A DNA stretch of 64,000 nt from Octopus bimaculoides (Eukaryota), in assembly GCF_001194135.2 (NCBI RefSeq), contig NC_068986.1, positions 83,843,066 through 83,907,065 of the forward strand, read 5' to 3'. The notes under the pieces are model-generated. The model searched no databases, was not told the origin of the DNA, and worked only from the letters and a program-made list of their open reading frames with translations. Position 1 is the first letter of the stretch, and each line of letters begins with the position of its first letter. Of this stretch, positions 1 to 12,810 are shown piece after piece. Position numbers and translations under genes: made by a program.

Positions 1-694
1 TGTCTTACTGAATGAAGGCAGAAAATATAATTTCAACTTCTTACATATCACTAACACTCCCAATACATCTTAATGCAAAACACTTCTAAATTCACTATTT
101 TCACAAACACAAAGCAGATACACACCCTAAAATAACCATGTTATCAATTTTTTTATCTTCACTTTTACATCCAAACTGTTTCAGTTCTCTTTAATAAACT
201 TAAAAAGTCATCGTGTTTACCACTATAATTATGTAATCTCTGTTGCAACATAGCACATCATGCAAAATACACTAATTGCCTTATTGCCTTTGAACAGCCT
301 ACAAACTCTCCAGACTATATCCCATATAACATTGTTGTCCCATACCTCTTTCTCTGACAAATCCTAGATAACATGATCTGATTGTCATACTGCACACTAC
401 AACTTATACTAACTACTATACTAAATTTCACACAAACAACTATGGCTACCACACAATATCTTAAAAACAAAATTTCCAGATTACTGCATTGCATCCCATA
501 TTGTATTACTTTTACAAAATGACCAAGTAGATACAATATTTGATGACTAGCTCAGGAGTCTTAAATTTAAATTTGCCCTGAAAAAACTGAGAACTAGGAT
601 GGTGGGAACAGAAGACAATATTTCTAATACCTTCAACTGTGCTCATGTATTTTGGTTGATGATAAATGAGCATGTTGCATCTAATCTGATTGTG

Positions 695-842
695 TAGTTG
701 TATGCTGTCAACTTAATGTGACAATCCCCCGAAATGAATAATACTACTGTTGGTTAGACCTAGGAAGCTGCACCTCAGTCTAACCAACAGTAGTTTTATT
801 CCCTTCAGGGGACTGTCATATTAAGTTGACAGCATACAACTA
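695..842. mobile_element. Palindromic MITE (144 bp) flanked by TA
   Basis: 63-bp arms 697-759 and 778-840 are reverse complements with 6 mismatches around an 18-nt loop. TA at 695-696 and 841-842. Confidence 0.8.
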
Positions 843-1267
843 CTTCATCATATCATTATTGCATAAATCTCTCTGAAAGATTTAGAAATGTATTATTTCT
901 AATCTGATTGTGTTGTAAAGAAAACAAACACTCAGACATCATTAACTAGGACTGATTGGCATGAAGTAACTTGCCAACACATGAACTTCTGACTTGGAGT
1001 TCTACAAAGCTGGTTGAGTTTATGCTGTCTCCACTCAGGTATTTCTAACTCACTTATCTCCCCTCTTGCTTCCCATATTGAGAAACCTCTTAACCCGCAA
1101 AATTAGTCCTATGCTAACCATTGTACCTAGTCTCCCCACCCCCAAAATGTTGGCTCTTTGGAATTCCTTGCTTGTCCTTTGTTTCTGCATCGGCCTCATC
1201 AGTTTTGGAGAGCCTGCTAAGCATAGTTCCTCAAAACCAAATCAAAAAAAAATTTATATCTATAGGT

Positions 1268-1480
1268 GCAGTAGTGGCTGTGTGTGTTTGTGTCTCTAGT
1301 TGTCCCCCTGCCACCATTACCACTTGACAACTGGTGTTGGTGTGTTTATGTCCCCATAACTTAGCAGTTCAGCAAAAGAGACCGATAGAATAAGTACCAG
1401 GCTTAAAAAATAAATAATAGGGTCGATTCATTTGACTAAAAATTCAAGGCGGTGCCTCAGCATGGCTGAAGTCTAGTGAC
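1268..1480 (+). mobile_element. 3' half of tRNA-derived SINE family A (ends at a gap)
   Basis: Shares gtaacttagc…aaaagagacc…agaataagta…aggcggtg with 2160-2370 and 63230-63443. Confidence 0.75.
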
Positions 1481-1481
1481 T

Positions 1482-1915
1482 NNNNNNNNNNNNNNNNNNN
1501 NNNNNNNNNNNNNNNNNNNNNNNNNNNNNNNNNNNNNNNNNNNNNNNNNNNNNNNNNNNNNNNNNNNNNNNNNNNNNNNNNNNNNNNNNNNNNNNNNNNN
1601 NNNNNNNNNNNNNNNNNNNNNNNNNNNNNNNNNNNNNNNNNNNNNNNNNNNNNNNNNNNNNNNNNNNNNNNNNNNNNNNNNNNNNNNNNNNNNNNNNNNN
1701 NNNNNNNNNNNNNNNNNNNNNNNNNNNNNNNNNNNNNNNNNNNNNNNNNNNNNNNNNNNNNNNNNNNNNNNNNNNNNNNNNNNNNNNNNNNNNNNNNNNN
1801 NNNNNNNNNNNNNNNNNNNNNNNNNNNNNNNNNNNNNNNNNNNNNNNNNNNNNNNNNNNNNNNNNNNNNNNNNNNNNNNNNNNNNNNNNNNNNNNNNNNN
1901 NNNNNNNNNNNNNNN
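1482..1915. other. Assembly gap (N run); other gaps near 25129, 37798, 40677, 47963, 53345, 54788, 55593, 60689, 62496
   Basis: Runs of n, mostly bordered by microsatellites. Confidence 0.99.
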
Positions 1916-1957
1916 TATATATATTATATGTGATTTATAAATATTCTCTCTCTATAT

Positions 1958-2370
1958 AGGCGTGACTGTGTGGTAAGAAGTTTGCTTCCTAACCACATGG
2001 TTCCGGGTTCAGTCCCACTGCATGGCAACTTGGGAAAGTGTCTTCTGCTATAGCCTTGGGCCAAACAAAGCCTTGTGAGTGGATTTGGTAGATGGAAACT
2101 GAAAGAAGCCTGTTGTATATATATATATATATATATATATACGTGTGTGTGTATGTATGTATATGTCTGTATTTGTTCCCCCACCATTGCTTGACAACCG
2201 ATGTTGGTGTGTTTACATCCATGTAACTTAGCAATTTGGCAAAAGAGACCAATAGAATAAGTATTAGATTTACAAAGAATAAGTCCTGGGGTCAATTTGT
2301 TCGACTAAAGGCGGTGTTCCATCATGGCTGCAGTCAAATGACTGAAACAAGTAAAAGAATAAAAGAATAT
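1958..2370 (+). mobile_element. tRNA-derived SINE family A with internal (TA)n
   Basis: A-box-like gactgtgtggtaag, B-box-like ggttcagtccc and an (aaaagaat) tail. Highly similar to 63037-63443. Confidence 0.85.
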
Positions 2371-2984
2371 AATACACTTACATACATTCTATATTGATTT
2401 CTAGAATTAATAACATCTTATTTTTAATTAATTTTATTCCATATGCAATTATTTTTATTTAAATAATTCAGCAATATATTTTTGTACAGCCTCATAACAT
2501 AGTTGCAAGACATCAGTCTAATGCACTTCAGTTGCACAATGTAAAGATATCTGACCTGCAACTCCAAACGTCATTAATTCAGCATTTTGTGTCTATGTAT
2601 GTGTGTTTGGTAGTATTAAATGCATGCTCACAGGGGTGCTTGTAAATGCATGTTTGAAGATAAGGTAGGCATTAGTGTGTGTGACAAGACAACAACAAAA
2701 CAAAAAATAGAATAAAATAAAATAAAATAAATGTAGCAGTGCAGAAAATTCTGAGGAGAAAATTGAATTTTTGGCAGATCAGATCATTTCTGATTTATCG
2801 CCAGTAGGTTACTGCTGTTGCTAGTGCTGCCGTTGGCAACATCTTAAGAAAAACAAATGAGATAAATGAAATTATCTCTTTTTATGAAGTTTGCTTCCTT
2901 GTGTTGTGTCTAGCAGAAATTGCTAAAAGTGATGGTTTTACTTATGTATACACCAGATCATTTCTGTTGTCAAGGGAAAATCCT

Positions 2985-3150
2985 TTTCATAATCATTGCC
3001 ATCAGCAAAATCATCATCATCAGCATCACCACTGTCATTATCATCATTGTCTTTGTCATTGTTATCGTCATCATCATTGCTGTCATGATCATAGTTGCTA
3101 TCATTATCATACTCTACATAATTTTCATAATCATTATTTTCATCATTGTA
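2985..3150. repeat. Degenerate (CAT)n trinucleotide tract
   Basis: Visible repeat; source of the His-rich and Ile-rich spurious ORFs. Confidence 0.9.
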
Positions 3151-3204
3151 CTAATTCCTATTCTGCCTCATATTCACATTGTACCTGGACCCAGTACATT
3201 CTGT

Positions 3205-3350
3205 TAAGTGGTTGGCATTAGGAAAGGCATTCAGCTGTAGAAATTATGCTAAGGCAGACACAGAACCTGGTGGAACCCTCACACCCATCTGTTCTTCTTA
3301 AACTGTCCAATCCTTGCCTGCATGGAAAATGGCACATTAAGTGATGATGA
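3205..3350 (+). mobile_element. RTE LINE 3' UTR fragment with (GAT)n tail
   Basis: Similar to 38345-38495 (gtggttggc.ttagga.gg.cat.cagctgtagaaa…gatgatg). Confidence 0.7.
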
Positions 3351-3486
3351 CATATATATATATAATTATTATTATTATTATTTTATATTTGTTTCAGTAA
3401 TTAGACTGCAGCAGTGCATATATATATTGCATACATGCATATGCTCAAGAGATAGCTAGCTTCTGCATTCATATATATGTCTGTAT

Positions 3487-3533
<47 letters not shown>

Positions 3534-3574
3534 TTTTCTTTTTGTCTTTTTCAGATATCCTAGTTGCAGTTATC

Positions 3575-3602
3575 ATGAGAGCTTCCAATGGTGATAACTC
3601 TG
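3575..3602 (+). CDS. NFAT5: Putative first coding exon of NFAT5-like gene (MRASNGDNS + G; exon 3555-3602)
   Basis: Acceptor ttttctttttgtctttttcag|3555, ATG at 3575, donor G|gttagt at 3603. Phase 1 matches the next exon. No homology support, and the frame is also open upstream of the ATG. Confidence 0.55.
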
Positions 3603-3784
3603 GTTAGTAACAATACCTATTGTTTTTTTTCTTTTATTGAACTTTTAAAGCTATTATTGTAAAACATACATATTTCTGTTTTTGCTTCTCTTCTTTATTG
3701 CAATTTACTCTTGCAATGTTCTTCAGCCATTACCCCTTGTGGCAAAAAAAAAGAAAGAATTATTATTATCATTTTTCTTTATCA

Positions 3785-4570
3785 CAGGTTTTTTTGGAAC
3801 TCCTGGAGTCTTGCATGCATAGTGGGCTTGCTACCTGCAGCCTACAGTACCATGCTATCTGTTCTTTTCAGTTATCTAATACTTTCCTGATTATTCTGAC
3901 TGTGCCAAGGAGGCAAACCTTTTGTAACAGTTCTGCTACGCACTTTATTCCAATTTCCTTATATTCCCCTTGATGCTTTCTGATACTGTTCTCAAGGACC
4001 CAACAATAGTTGGCACTATCTTGACCTTCTTCATTTTTCATAGCTGGGCTGTTTCGTACTTAAGAGGCTTGTATTTATCTATCTTTTCGCCTTCCTTCTT
4101 GACTATTTGTGAGTCAGAGGGGCATGCAATATCAACTATATAGCATATGTGGTGCACTTTGTCCACCACCACTAGACTAGGTCCAGTTTTTTATGCTCTA
4201 GCACTTGATCTATTTTGGATTGGGAAATCCCAGAGGATTTGACTAGTCTCCAATTCTGCCACTCTCTGTGATTTGTGCTCATATCACATCTTGCCTCTCT
4301 CTCTAGCCCCCACTTTTCGTACAGTTTCCAATGTAGCACTGTCGCTACCTGATCGTGTCACCACAACTTGTAGTGGTTTTGGGTAAGTTTAGAGAATTCA
4401 TTCGTGACATGGGCAATGGTTTCATCCACTCTATTGCAGATACGGCACAGTGCAGACACTTGCTCATTCCTAAGGTTCACCCTCCAGTTCGTGGCCAAAA
4501 CTTGTTCTTGTGCTGCCAGTATAGTGCTCTTGGTTTCTTTTTTTAAATGTTCCTTTCATTAGCCAATCCT
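3785..4570 (-). mobile_element. 5'-truncated R4/Dong-like non-LTR retrotransposon (zinc knuckle + restriction-like endonuclease), decayed
   Basis: Minus strand reads …CRICNRVDETIAHV…HDQVATVLHW… and …IVDIACPSDSQIVKKEGEKIDKYKPLK…IVPTIVGSL…, typical of the R4/NeSL CCHC + RLE region. TTA-type tracts flank both ends. Confidence 0.8.
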
Positions 4571-4849
4571 ACCTATTTATTATTATTATTATTGTTGTTG
4601 TTGTTGTTGTTGTTGTTGTTAACGTTGCACAGTATAGTATATCATAAGGTTGTTGATTGAAGATATTGTGTCTACTGGGGGTTTGTACTGATTTGTCAAG
4701 TCACAACAAGGACCTCAGACAGACAGTACTTTACACAATATGTGTGCAGTTCTAAGTAATGCTGACTTTTGCAATACATCTAGATTGTAGGGTATCTCTA
4801 AGGTTTTCAGATGTTTTTTTCAGATTGGGTGGTATTGAACCCAATGCTC

Positions 4850-5270
4850 TGATGACAAATGGGATAACCTTTGTGTTCGACTCTCATAGCTGCCACATCT
4901 TAGCAATCTCAATTCCCAACCAAACTAAAAACAAGGCTAGAGTGAATGCCCATTTGACCAACTGGCATTTATAGCTGCAAAGAATGGACTCTGAACAAAT
5001 TTGAAGAGAATATAATCAATGCATTTGAAATGTAGGTGTATAGGAGAATCTTATGAGTCTCTTACAAGGATCATCAGACAATAAATGGTTTTTATAAACA
5101 AGTAGGTGAAAGACAATTCCTGAACATTTTGAAAAAGACAAAAGCTCATCTATTATGGCTATATTCAAAGAAGCAGAGGTCTAGAAAACATTATTATCAC
5201 GAAAGGAAGAGTTGAGGATAATAGATCGAGAAGCATGCAAAAAATGCAATGGATGGACAAAGAGTAGCAA
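4850..5270 (+). mobile_element. Degenerate RTE (BovB-like) LINE C-terminal fragment
   Basis: Fragmented reading EWTLNKFEENIINAFEM.VYRRIL…QKLIYYGYIQRSRGLENIII.GRVEDNRSR…QWMD resembles the RTE C-terminus. Confidence 0.6.
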
Positions 5271-6799
5271 GATAGCTAGAGATTTTACTCTTAATCAGGA
5301 AAACTTTCATTGTCATGTCATCAATGAACTGCTATGTCATTAATGCACTACAATACATAACAATGAGAACCCTTTATAGGAGGATAATTTCCTTACAATT
5401 GTCAGTAAAACAATGAAACTAAATTCCTAACTCCCCATCAACCATCTTCCGCAGCTCAATGGATCATTTCTTTATTTTCTTTTCTTGCATTTTCCTTTTG
5501 CTTTCGATGGAATCTTCTTTGGTAAATACTATGAACCAACAATTTATTTCTGTAACTTTCTTTTTTTTCCTCTCCTTTCTTCTTCATATCATTTCGAATC
5601 ATGCCTTTTTTCCTTTCCATGTGCCTTTACTTCCTTCTTTTTATTCTGTTTCCCTCTCTTCCTTTTATTCTCTCTGTTTACCTATATCCCTTCCTTTTTC
5701 TTTCTTTCTTTTTGATTTACTTCTGTTTTTCCCCATTCTTTTATTTCTTCCCATTAAAAAAATTTTATTCTAGTCTTTTCCATCCATTCCTTCAGTTATT
5801 TCTTTCATCCTCTCCTTACATTAAATGCTTGTTTGGTATGACTGAGCCTACAGGGTATCATGGTCTTAGTTAACTTGCACCTTAGAATCTCAAGAGAATT
5901 ATTGACAGCTTTCTTAGAAAGATTATTGTGTTATTAGAGACTCTAAGTCTGAGATGGATCATGTGAGTTGCAATTGTCAGATATAATTAATACTGTCAGT
6001 TACAGATATAACATACACACATACATATTAGTAAGTTACTGACTGCAACAAGTGTACACTTGTTTCATTCTATTGGGAGATCTTCAAGTAGTGGAATAAA
6101 TGCTGTGTAGCTTTCCAATAGCTGTCTTTGTGTCAGACAATCAAGGAAAAGCAAGAGAAACCATGCAAGTAGGAAGACTTTCTTTTGTATTAGTGTGAGG
6201 TATTGTTTAGTAAACAATGGAAAATTTTACTCTTGGAGTTTTGGCTTTTAAGAATTTTATTTTAAAGTGGTTGAGGAATATTTTTAATACACTATAGTAT
6301 GAGTTCTCTCTCTTTCTATGGTACAACGTTGTGTTTGGAGTGTATTTTAGATGTAAATCTATAGGAAACTGAAAGATTTCAGAGGTCTAACTGTTGCCTA
6401 TAAGACAGATAGGAAATGGAATTGAAAAATGTTAGTCCATACCAAACAGATATGGTAACTTACCTTATGATTCTGGGACTATGCAGAGTTTCTACAAATT
6501 GTTATCTTGTTTCTTCAGCTGGTTGATAAAGGCAGAGCTGGTGAGGTAGTAGCAGCATGTGTGTGAGATGGTGTGCATCAATTAAGGTTAATGATGTATC
6601 TGTACATACATATGCAGGCCTGGGCAAAAGTTTTTGAAATAGACTGGCAGTACTCCAGCATGCAAGTCTCCCCTTCTCCACATTACTTATATTTAACCAA
6701 AAGAACACCAATGACTTAAACCAATACAGCTTGTTATTAGTGTCATCACAGGCTTTGCTATCAGAAAGGAATGAGCCAGAATAGATACTGTAAGGCAAC

Positions 6800-6965
6800 T
6801 TGCCTAATCCTTTAACAGTTCTGCAGTCCAACACCTTTGACTGGTACTTTTTCACTGGCCTTGAAGGGATGAAAGACAAAGTTGGTCTCAATGGTATTTG
6901 AATTCAGATTGCAGGGAGTCATAGCAAATATAGCAGGGCATACTACCCAATGCTCTAATGACTTT
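6800..6965 (-). mobile_element. SINE family B fragment
   Basis: actggtact…gaaggatgaaagacaaagt…gaattcag matches the copies at 29184-31105. Confidence 0.65.
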
Positions 6966-8452
6966 ATCCATTCACTGTCTCCAGTGGTCAGGTAATCAGC
7001 TTTTATAGCAGTACGAGTCATATGTGTGTGTGCATGTGCACTTGTATATGTATGTATTGAGGAAACTGAAGGTACAATTCTTTGCAGCAACTAACCAGTT
7101 TCATCTCATCTAGGAATCATCAAGTAGTTATGATAATAAAAATTAAAAGTTTATCTATTATAAGTTGGTTCAGGACATGTACCTTCGATTTCCTCAATAA
7201 AAATATATACTTTACACATGTATTGAGTTCATTTTCTGTTAGAAGTACTCATAAGTATCAGTGTGTGTGTGTGTGTTTGTGTGTGTGTATTTGTACTGAA
7301 TATTAGCCTCCAGTTCTGGTTTATACATCGCGTTTACACTAGGGAATGAAATATTGCTTCTTGATCTTGCAGTGACCCTCTCAACCTGAAAGGTTCTTGT
7401 AATTGTTTAGTCCCAGGGTAAGTCCTGATAGACCAGGCCTATGATGAGAGGCCTACTCTCTGTAGGATGAGATTTGAGTGATATTTAGCTACTATTTTGA
7501 GTGATCATGTAAAGGGTCCCTTAGTTTTCATGGGAAGAAGTAGGTATAAGTTATAAGGTTTACCATTCAAGAAGATTTCTTTATACCATATTAATAACAG
7601 AGTTGACTTGACTGTATATTGTTGGTTTACATTTGTGTTTCAGAGTGAGAGAGACAGAGAGAGAGAGAGAGAATGTGAGAAGAAATGTTTTGAGAAATAA
7701 AATGTAGAGACTAATATGATGGAAATGAATCTCTCCAAAATGATATTTTATAAATATTTATAAGGAATAGAATATTTTTGTGTAAATACCACATAAGGTC
7801 AAATACTTTGACCATTTTGATTTAAGAATTATAAACATTGCCTTTAACCTTGTATTTTAACTAATCATCATGTATGTGTATTTATGTGTATATGATGTAT
7901 ATGTATACGCACACACACACACATATAAGCGTGTGTGTGTGTATGTGTGTGTGTGTATGTGTGTGTGTGATTATTGCTTATAAATTGTAGATATATCAGC
8001 TGTTTAAGTATGTGTGGTGGCAGGGAGAATATATTATCAAACTTTTTAGTAAAAATCTATTGTCTCATTGAAGGAAGGTGGTGGTGAAAAAAAATGAAAA
8101 CAAGACAAAAAAAATGAGCTTAAACCAATGATAGATTTAGTATCATGTTTAGAAAACATAAAGTTCAGGCATCAATCATAATGTATTCCACCTGCCAGAT
8201 ATGATGAGCACCAACTGAGATAGGCATGAAACATTGAAATAATGACGCCTCAGTAACTGTTACTCGTTCTAATCAGAAACTGTAGTAGCAGGTGATAGTA
8301 ATTCTGGTGAAAGTGTTATATGATTTCTTAGTGTGCTGGGAATTCTGGACCCAAAGGATCACTGGCTGATTATAAGTCTCTGGAATCTGTTGAGAAACCA
8401 GGTAGAATATACAGACTCCTCCTTAAAAAGATAAGGATTAAAGGATACAATA

Positions 8453-8836
8453 TGTTGTTGGCACTCCGTCGCTTACGACGTCGAGGGTTCCAGTTGATCC
8501 GATCAACAGAACAGCCTGCTCGTGAAATTAACATGCAAGTGGCTGAGCACTCCACAGACACGTGTACCCTTAACGTAGTTCTCGGGGATATCAGTGTGAC
8601 ACAGTGTGACAAGGCTGACCCTTTGAATTACAGGCACACCAGAAACAGGAAGAAAGAGTGAGAGAAAGTTGTGGTGAAAGAGTACAGCAGGGTTCGCGAC
8701 CATCCCCTGCCGGAGCCTCGTGGAGCTTTAGGCATTTTCACTCAATAAACACTCACAACACCCGGTCTGGGAATCGAAACCGCGATCCTATGACCGCGGA
8801 TCCGCTGCCCTAACCACTGGGCCATTGCGCCTCCAC
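8453..8836 (-). mobile_element. tRNA-derived SINE family C with perfect 13-bp TSD
   Basis: Minus-strand head ggaggcgcaatggcccagtggttagggcagcg…ggtttcgattccc (A and B boxes). AAAGGATACAATA at 8440-8452 and 8837-8849. Confidence 0.92.
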
Positions 8837-11794
8837 AAAGGATACAATAATCAGTAGGATAAAAGAATATTATAATCAATAGAGTCAAGTATAATCTGTA
8901 AATAACAGGATCCAAAGAAACTAGTGACAGTCTGTGTCAGCAAATAATGACTCTAAAATCCCAATATTGAACTAAATTGGTTTATCACAAGGAAGAGCAG
9001 GGCATTTCTAATTCTTCTGTCAGTAAAACCTCAGAATGTTGTTGCCATTAGAAGCGGAAAATTTAATTATTGATCATGTTTAACTAAACAATTTGTATTT
9101 GCTCTAATTAGCAGCAGTAACAACTGTGAGATTATGATTCAGTCAAGTGGAGATATTTGTAATAGTTATTGTTGCTTACTTCCAACTCAGCTTTTTCTAA
9201 GCAGACCTATTATCAAATGTACTCCAGCTGTCCTATCGCTTTAAGAGCATTTAAAGTTCTATTCTCTAATGTGTCTGTTTCCCACTTTACTTAAAACAGT
9301 ACAGATGTAATTTGAGGGAATTTGGTTGCTATTTTTACCAGGTCAAATAACCCCATAAAGCTCCTTCTTTGGCTCTTAATGGTAGTTGCTGTTGATGTCA
9401 TTCAGAAATTTATTTGCAGCCTACCCTATATAGATATGTAATGAACTCACGAAGCAATTCATCATTGTGTGCTTAATTGTATAGCATTACATACTTCAAC
9501 AGTAACAAAACTATAATCCAAATGGTACTTTATGGTGGTGGTTAGTCATATATTCTTCATTGGTAGTTTACTGTCTAAGTCGGTTGCATGTGAAGACAAC
9601 TATGATCACGCTAATATTTATTTGAGCTTTCATATTTTATTAACCGACATCATTTTCATGTGTACATATAAATAATTCAATGGAATAACATTCATGAAAT
9701 AGCAAATATAATTGTTAGAAGTCTTCTGTAATTCAACATGCTTGATTATATTATGAAGGTAGGGCATAGCCACTGAAGATGAACTAAATAGAAGGAATTC
9801 AAACCACAGCAAATAATCTGTGTGTTATTCAATGCTACAACTTAAGGTTAGTGCCTTTTGTCAAATACAACATAAGCATGTTAAATATGAAAAAGTGAAA
9901 GAGGGCAAGAGACCAATTCACTGATCAAAGTAACATTTGTTTAGACAGTTGTGTGGCTCTCAGGTCTGAGTCTGAGTTTGAATCTGCCAGCTTTTTATAA
10001 CTGTAAGCCACATTTTCCAGAACTCTGGGAATAACTATTTGGCAGCAAAACTTGCATGCTTCTTTTGAAGTTTATGACATTAACTATAAGTTGGCCAATG
10101 TTGATTATTCAAGGCATATTCGCATAGGTATTAATACCTTTTATGGCAACTCTTTTCCTTTGCTGGTGATACAGTAGGTTGTTGTTCCAAGCTGAGTAAA
10201 TCTGAGAGTTATGGTTCAAAACTCAGTAGGGCCCTTACAACAGTACAAAGATAATTAGCACGCTTTCCTATACAAGGATGATATGGGAATTCATAAATAA
10301 TTTCATTCTTCTAAAGTCAACGAACCAATGTGGGAACTTCTATATAGTTAACAAAAATGAGATACATTGGATAATGTAGTCCAAGATACACTATGATGCA
10401 AATCTAAGATTAAAGGCATTCTAGCCATGACCATTCTCTCTTTCATGTATATCTAAGACTTGCATTGTTCAATTTGTATTATTCTTTATCTAATACAATA
10501 GTGTGGTCTAAGGGAGATTTGACTACCATTTCTAGCTAGTTGAGCAACAGTAAAGATGTTCCCTCACAGACTTGTTGATGCTGTAGCTATAGTTACTATA
10601 CTAGTTGTTGTGTAGCCCTAGGCCAGGTTTGGTTGAGCAGACATATGACATATACATAGTTGATGTGTAGCCCCTGATCAGATTTGGTTAAGAAGACTTA
10701 TGAAGAAAGTCATTTCAGCCATGGCCACCAGTCTGCCCATTTAGATAGTGTATTCATGACTATACTATGCAATATATCTTACCTTTTTTTTGAGATGGTA
10801 GTGAATGAGTTGAGGGAGATTTGGGTACTATTTCTAATAGAGTGAATGAGTATGTAAGGAACCAGTTGCTTGCACATAAAGTTTTCTCCTTTTCTTTTAG
10901 TTTTTGGTTTAAATTGTTTTTAGTCAGACTGCATGTAGCTGGCAATTAGGTCGCCTGTGTTTAGGAGCACAGTGCAATGGTTTTGGTTTGAACACATGAA
11001 CTGTCAGTCACATGATCAGCACTTTAGCTAGCCTACTATCCACTGGCTACATTTGTACTATTCGTTTTTAAATAACCATTCTTTTTTGTAACATTCAGGC
11101 AGCTACCTCATTTATTTATCTTTCTCATCTCAGGAGGCATTAATTATATTTTGTGAATTAAATAATTTACTAATTTCTATCTCAACTGCTATTTTAGAAC
11201 CTCCTTTACACAAATATTCTCAAAATGTGTGATTCATATTAATCACTAATTTATGTATTTTAATTTGATAGCGTTGCTTAATTTATTACTCACTTTGGTC
11301 TATTATCATTTTCTACAGATAAAGTAGCTTTTGTTTATTTTTCCATTATAAATTAACCACAACCTATGACCTTTTATTTGGGCCAGTAAAATAAGAAAAC
11401 ATATCACTATATGTGTATGTCACCTCTTTAACATTTTTGTAATTTATCTATTCATTAGGAGTTAAAATAACTGTAGATCTAATATTAATTTAAATTGTAC
11501 CATTTGAAGTTCTACTTTTCCAGTTTTCTATTCTGTCTTATATAATTTCACACAAAATGTCATAAATGTAATTAAAGAAAGAAAATAATTATTCCAATAT
11601 TTATATAGAGGAAAGCTTTTATTTATTTATTTATTTATTTCAATCTATTAAAACTATTTCAATAGAATTTAATCATGTCGATAATATTCCTTTTTGTCTG
11701 TATAATTCATTAATTACTAGGTTAAAGTATTAAGTCATGAGTTAATTACTGTGTGTCCATAGATACAGTAAATTAATCTCTTCAATCTACTTAA

Positions 11795-12080
11795 TTGTTG
11801 TTGTTGTGCAGCCCTATGTCATCTTTGATTGAGGTGACCTATGATCAAAGGCATTCCTGTCATGACCATCCTATCTTTTATTTAGATTTGGTGTATCTAG
11901 AATTGATTGCATTATCCAAGGAGTTCTTTCTTTTTTAACTCTCTCAACATCGACCCATTCAAAAACAGCCACTATTAAAGTGTTTAAATTTTAAATTCAA
12001 AAGTTTTAAAGATGACAGGTTGCGATTTGACAGAGATTTGGCAGCTGCTTCTAACAGATAATGTAACCACACAAGTTTTT
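11795..12080 (+). mobile_element. Dispersed repeat family D (SINE-like); related copies near 7410, 9140, 10400-10870, 15630, 20250, 50820, 55690
   Basis: Recurring motifs agacctatgatcaaaggcattcc.gccatgaccatc and gatttgagggagatttggctgctatttctagc. Confidence 0.7.
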
Positions 12081-12159
12081 CAATGGCTGTTCAGTTATTT
12101 AGTTGGAAACATCTGTGCGCACACACACATCCAGTTTTTATTTCACTTTTATATGGGTG

Positions 12160-12199
<40 letters not shown>

Positions 12200-12486
12200 G
12201 AGGAGGTGGTGGTGGTAGTAGTAGTAGGAAATGTGTCAGGGTTTCTAACCATGCTTTGGCCATTGTATTTAGAAAATTAGACAAAGTACACAACTCTACT
12301 TGCCTTATACAGTCTGCTACATCATTTCTACTTTGTAGTTGTTGTTGTTGTTGTTTATGTCAAGGTCAGTTCCATTTCAGCAAAGACATTGCATGTAACC
12401 TTTCTCAAGGTATTATGGTGTGATTTGAGAGATATTTGCTTTAAAGTTTCTAGCAGGTTGAGAGACTGTGTAGAGGCACCCTTATT

Positions 12487-12810
12487 TTTTTATTTATTTT
12501 TTTTTTGTGCGCCCTTCTAAAGCCTAGTCAGGCTCATGGGCCCAGTTTCCCACTTTCTATGGCGTATGCGTTCCCCACCAGCTGGACGGGATGCCAGTCC
12601 ATCGCAGCTTTACTCAAGAAACAGGAAGAAAGAGTGAGAGAAAGTTGGGGTGAAAGAGTACAACAGGGGTCACCTCCACCCCCTGCTGGAGCCTCGTGGA
12701 GCTTTAGGTGTTTTCGCTCAATAAACACACACAATGCCCGGTCTGAGAATCAAAACCATGATCCTCTGACCGAAAGTCTGCTGCCCTAACCACTGGGCCA
12801 TTGCGCCTCC
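12487..12810 (-). mobile_element. SINE family C variant with poly(A) tail and perfect 12-bp TSD
   Basis: Same tRNA-like head as 8453-8836. GGCACCCTTATT at 12475-12486 and 12811-12822; T-rich tract at 12487-12506. Confidence 0.92.

Noticed and set aside
1476-1940. Long ORFs containing X runs (also near 25031, 40544, 47896, 54697, 60450)
   Set aside because: Artefacts of N gaps and flanking microsatellites.
2901-3221. His-rich and Ile-rich ORFs; similar poly-V, poly-Y, HT/CV and ER/LS ORFs elsewhere
   Set aside because: Translations of simple repeats, with no splice or homology support.
8760-8836. tRNA-like sequence with A and B boxes (also 12735-12810 and 63037-63110)
   Set aside because: These are SINE heads: they continue into repeat bodies with tails, and two of them (8453-8836, 12487-12810) carry TSDs.
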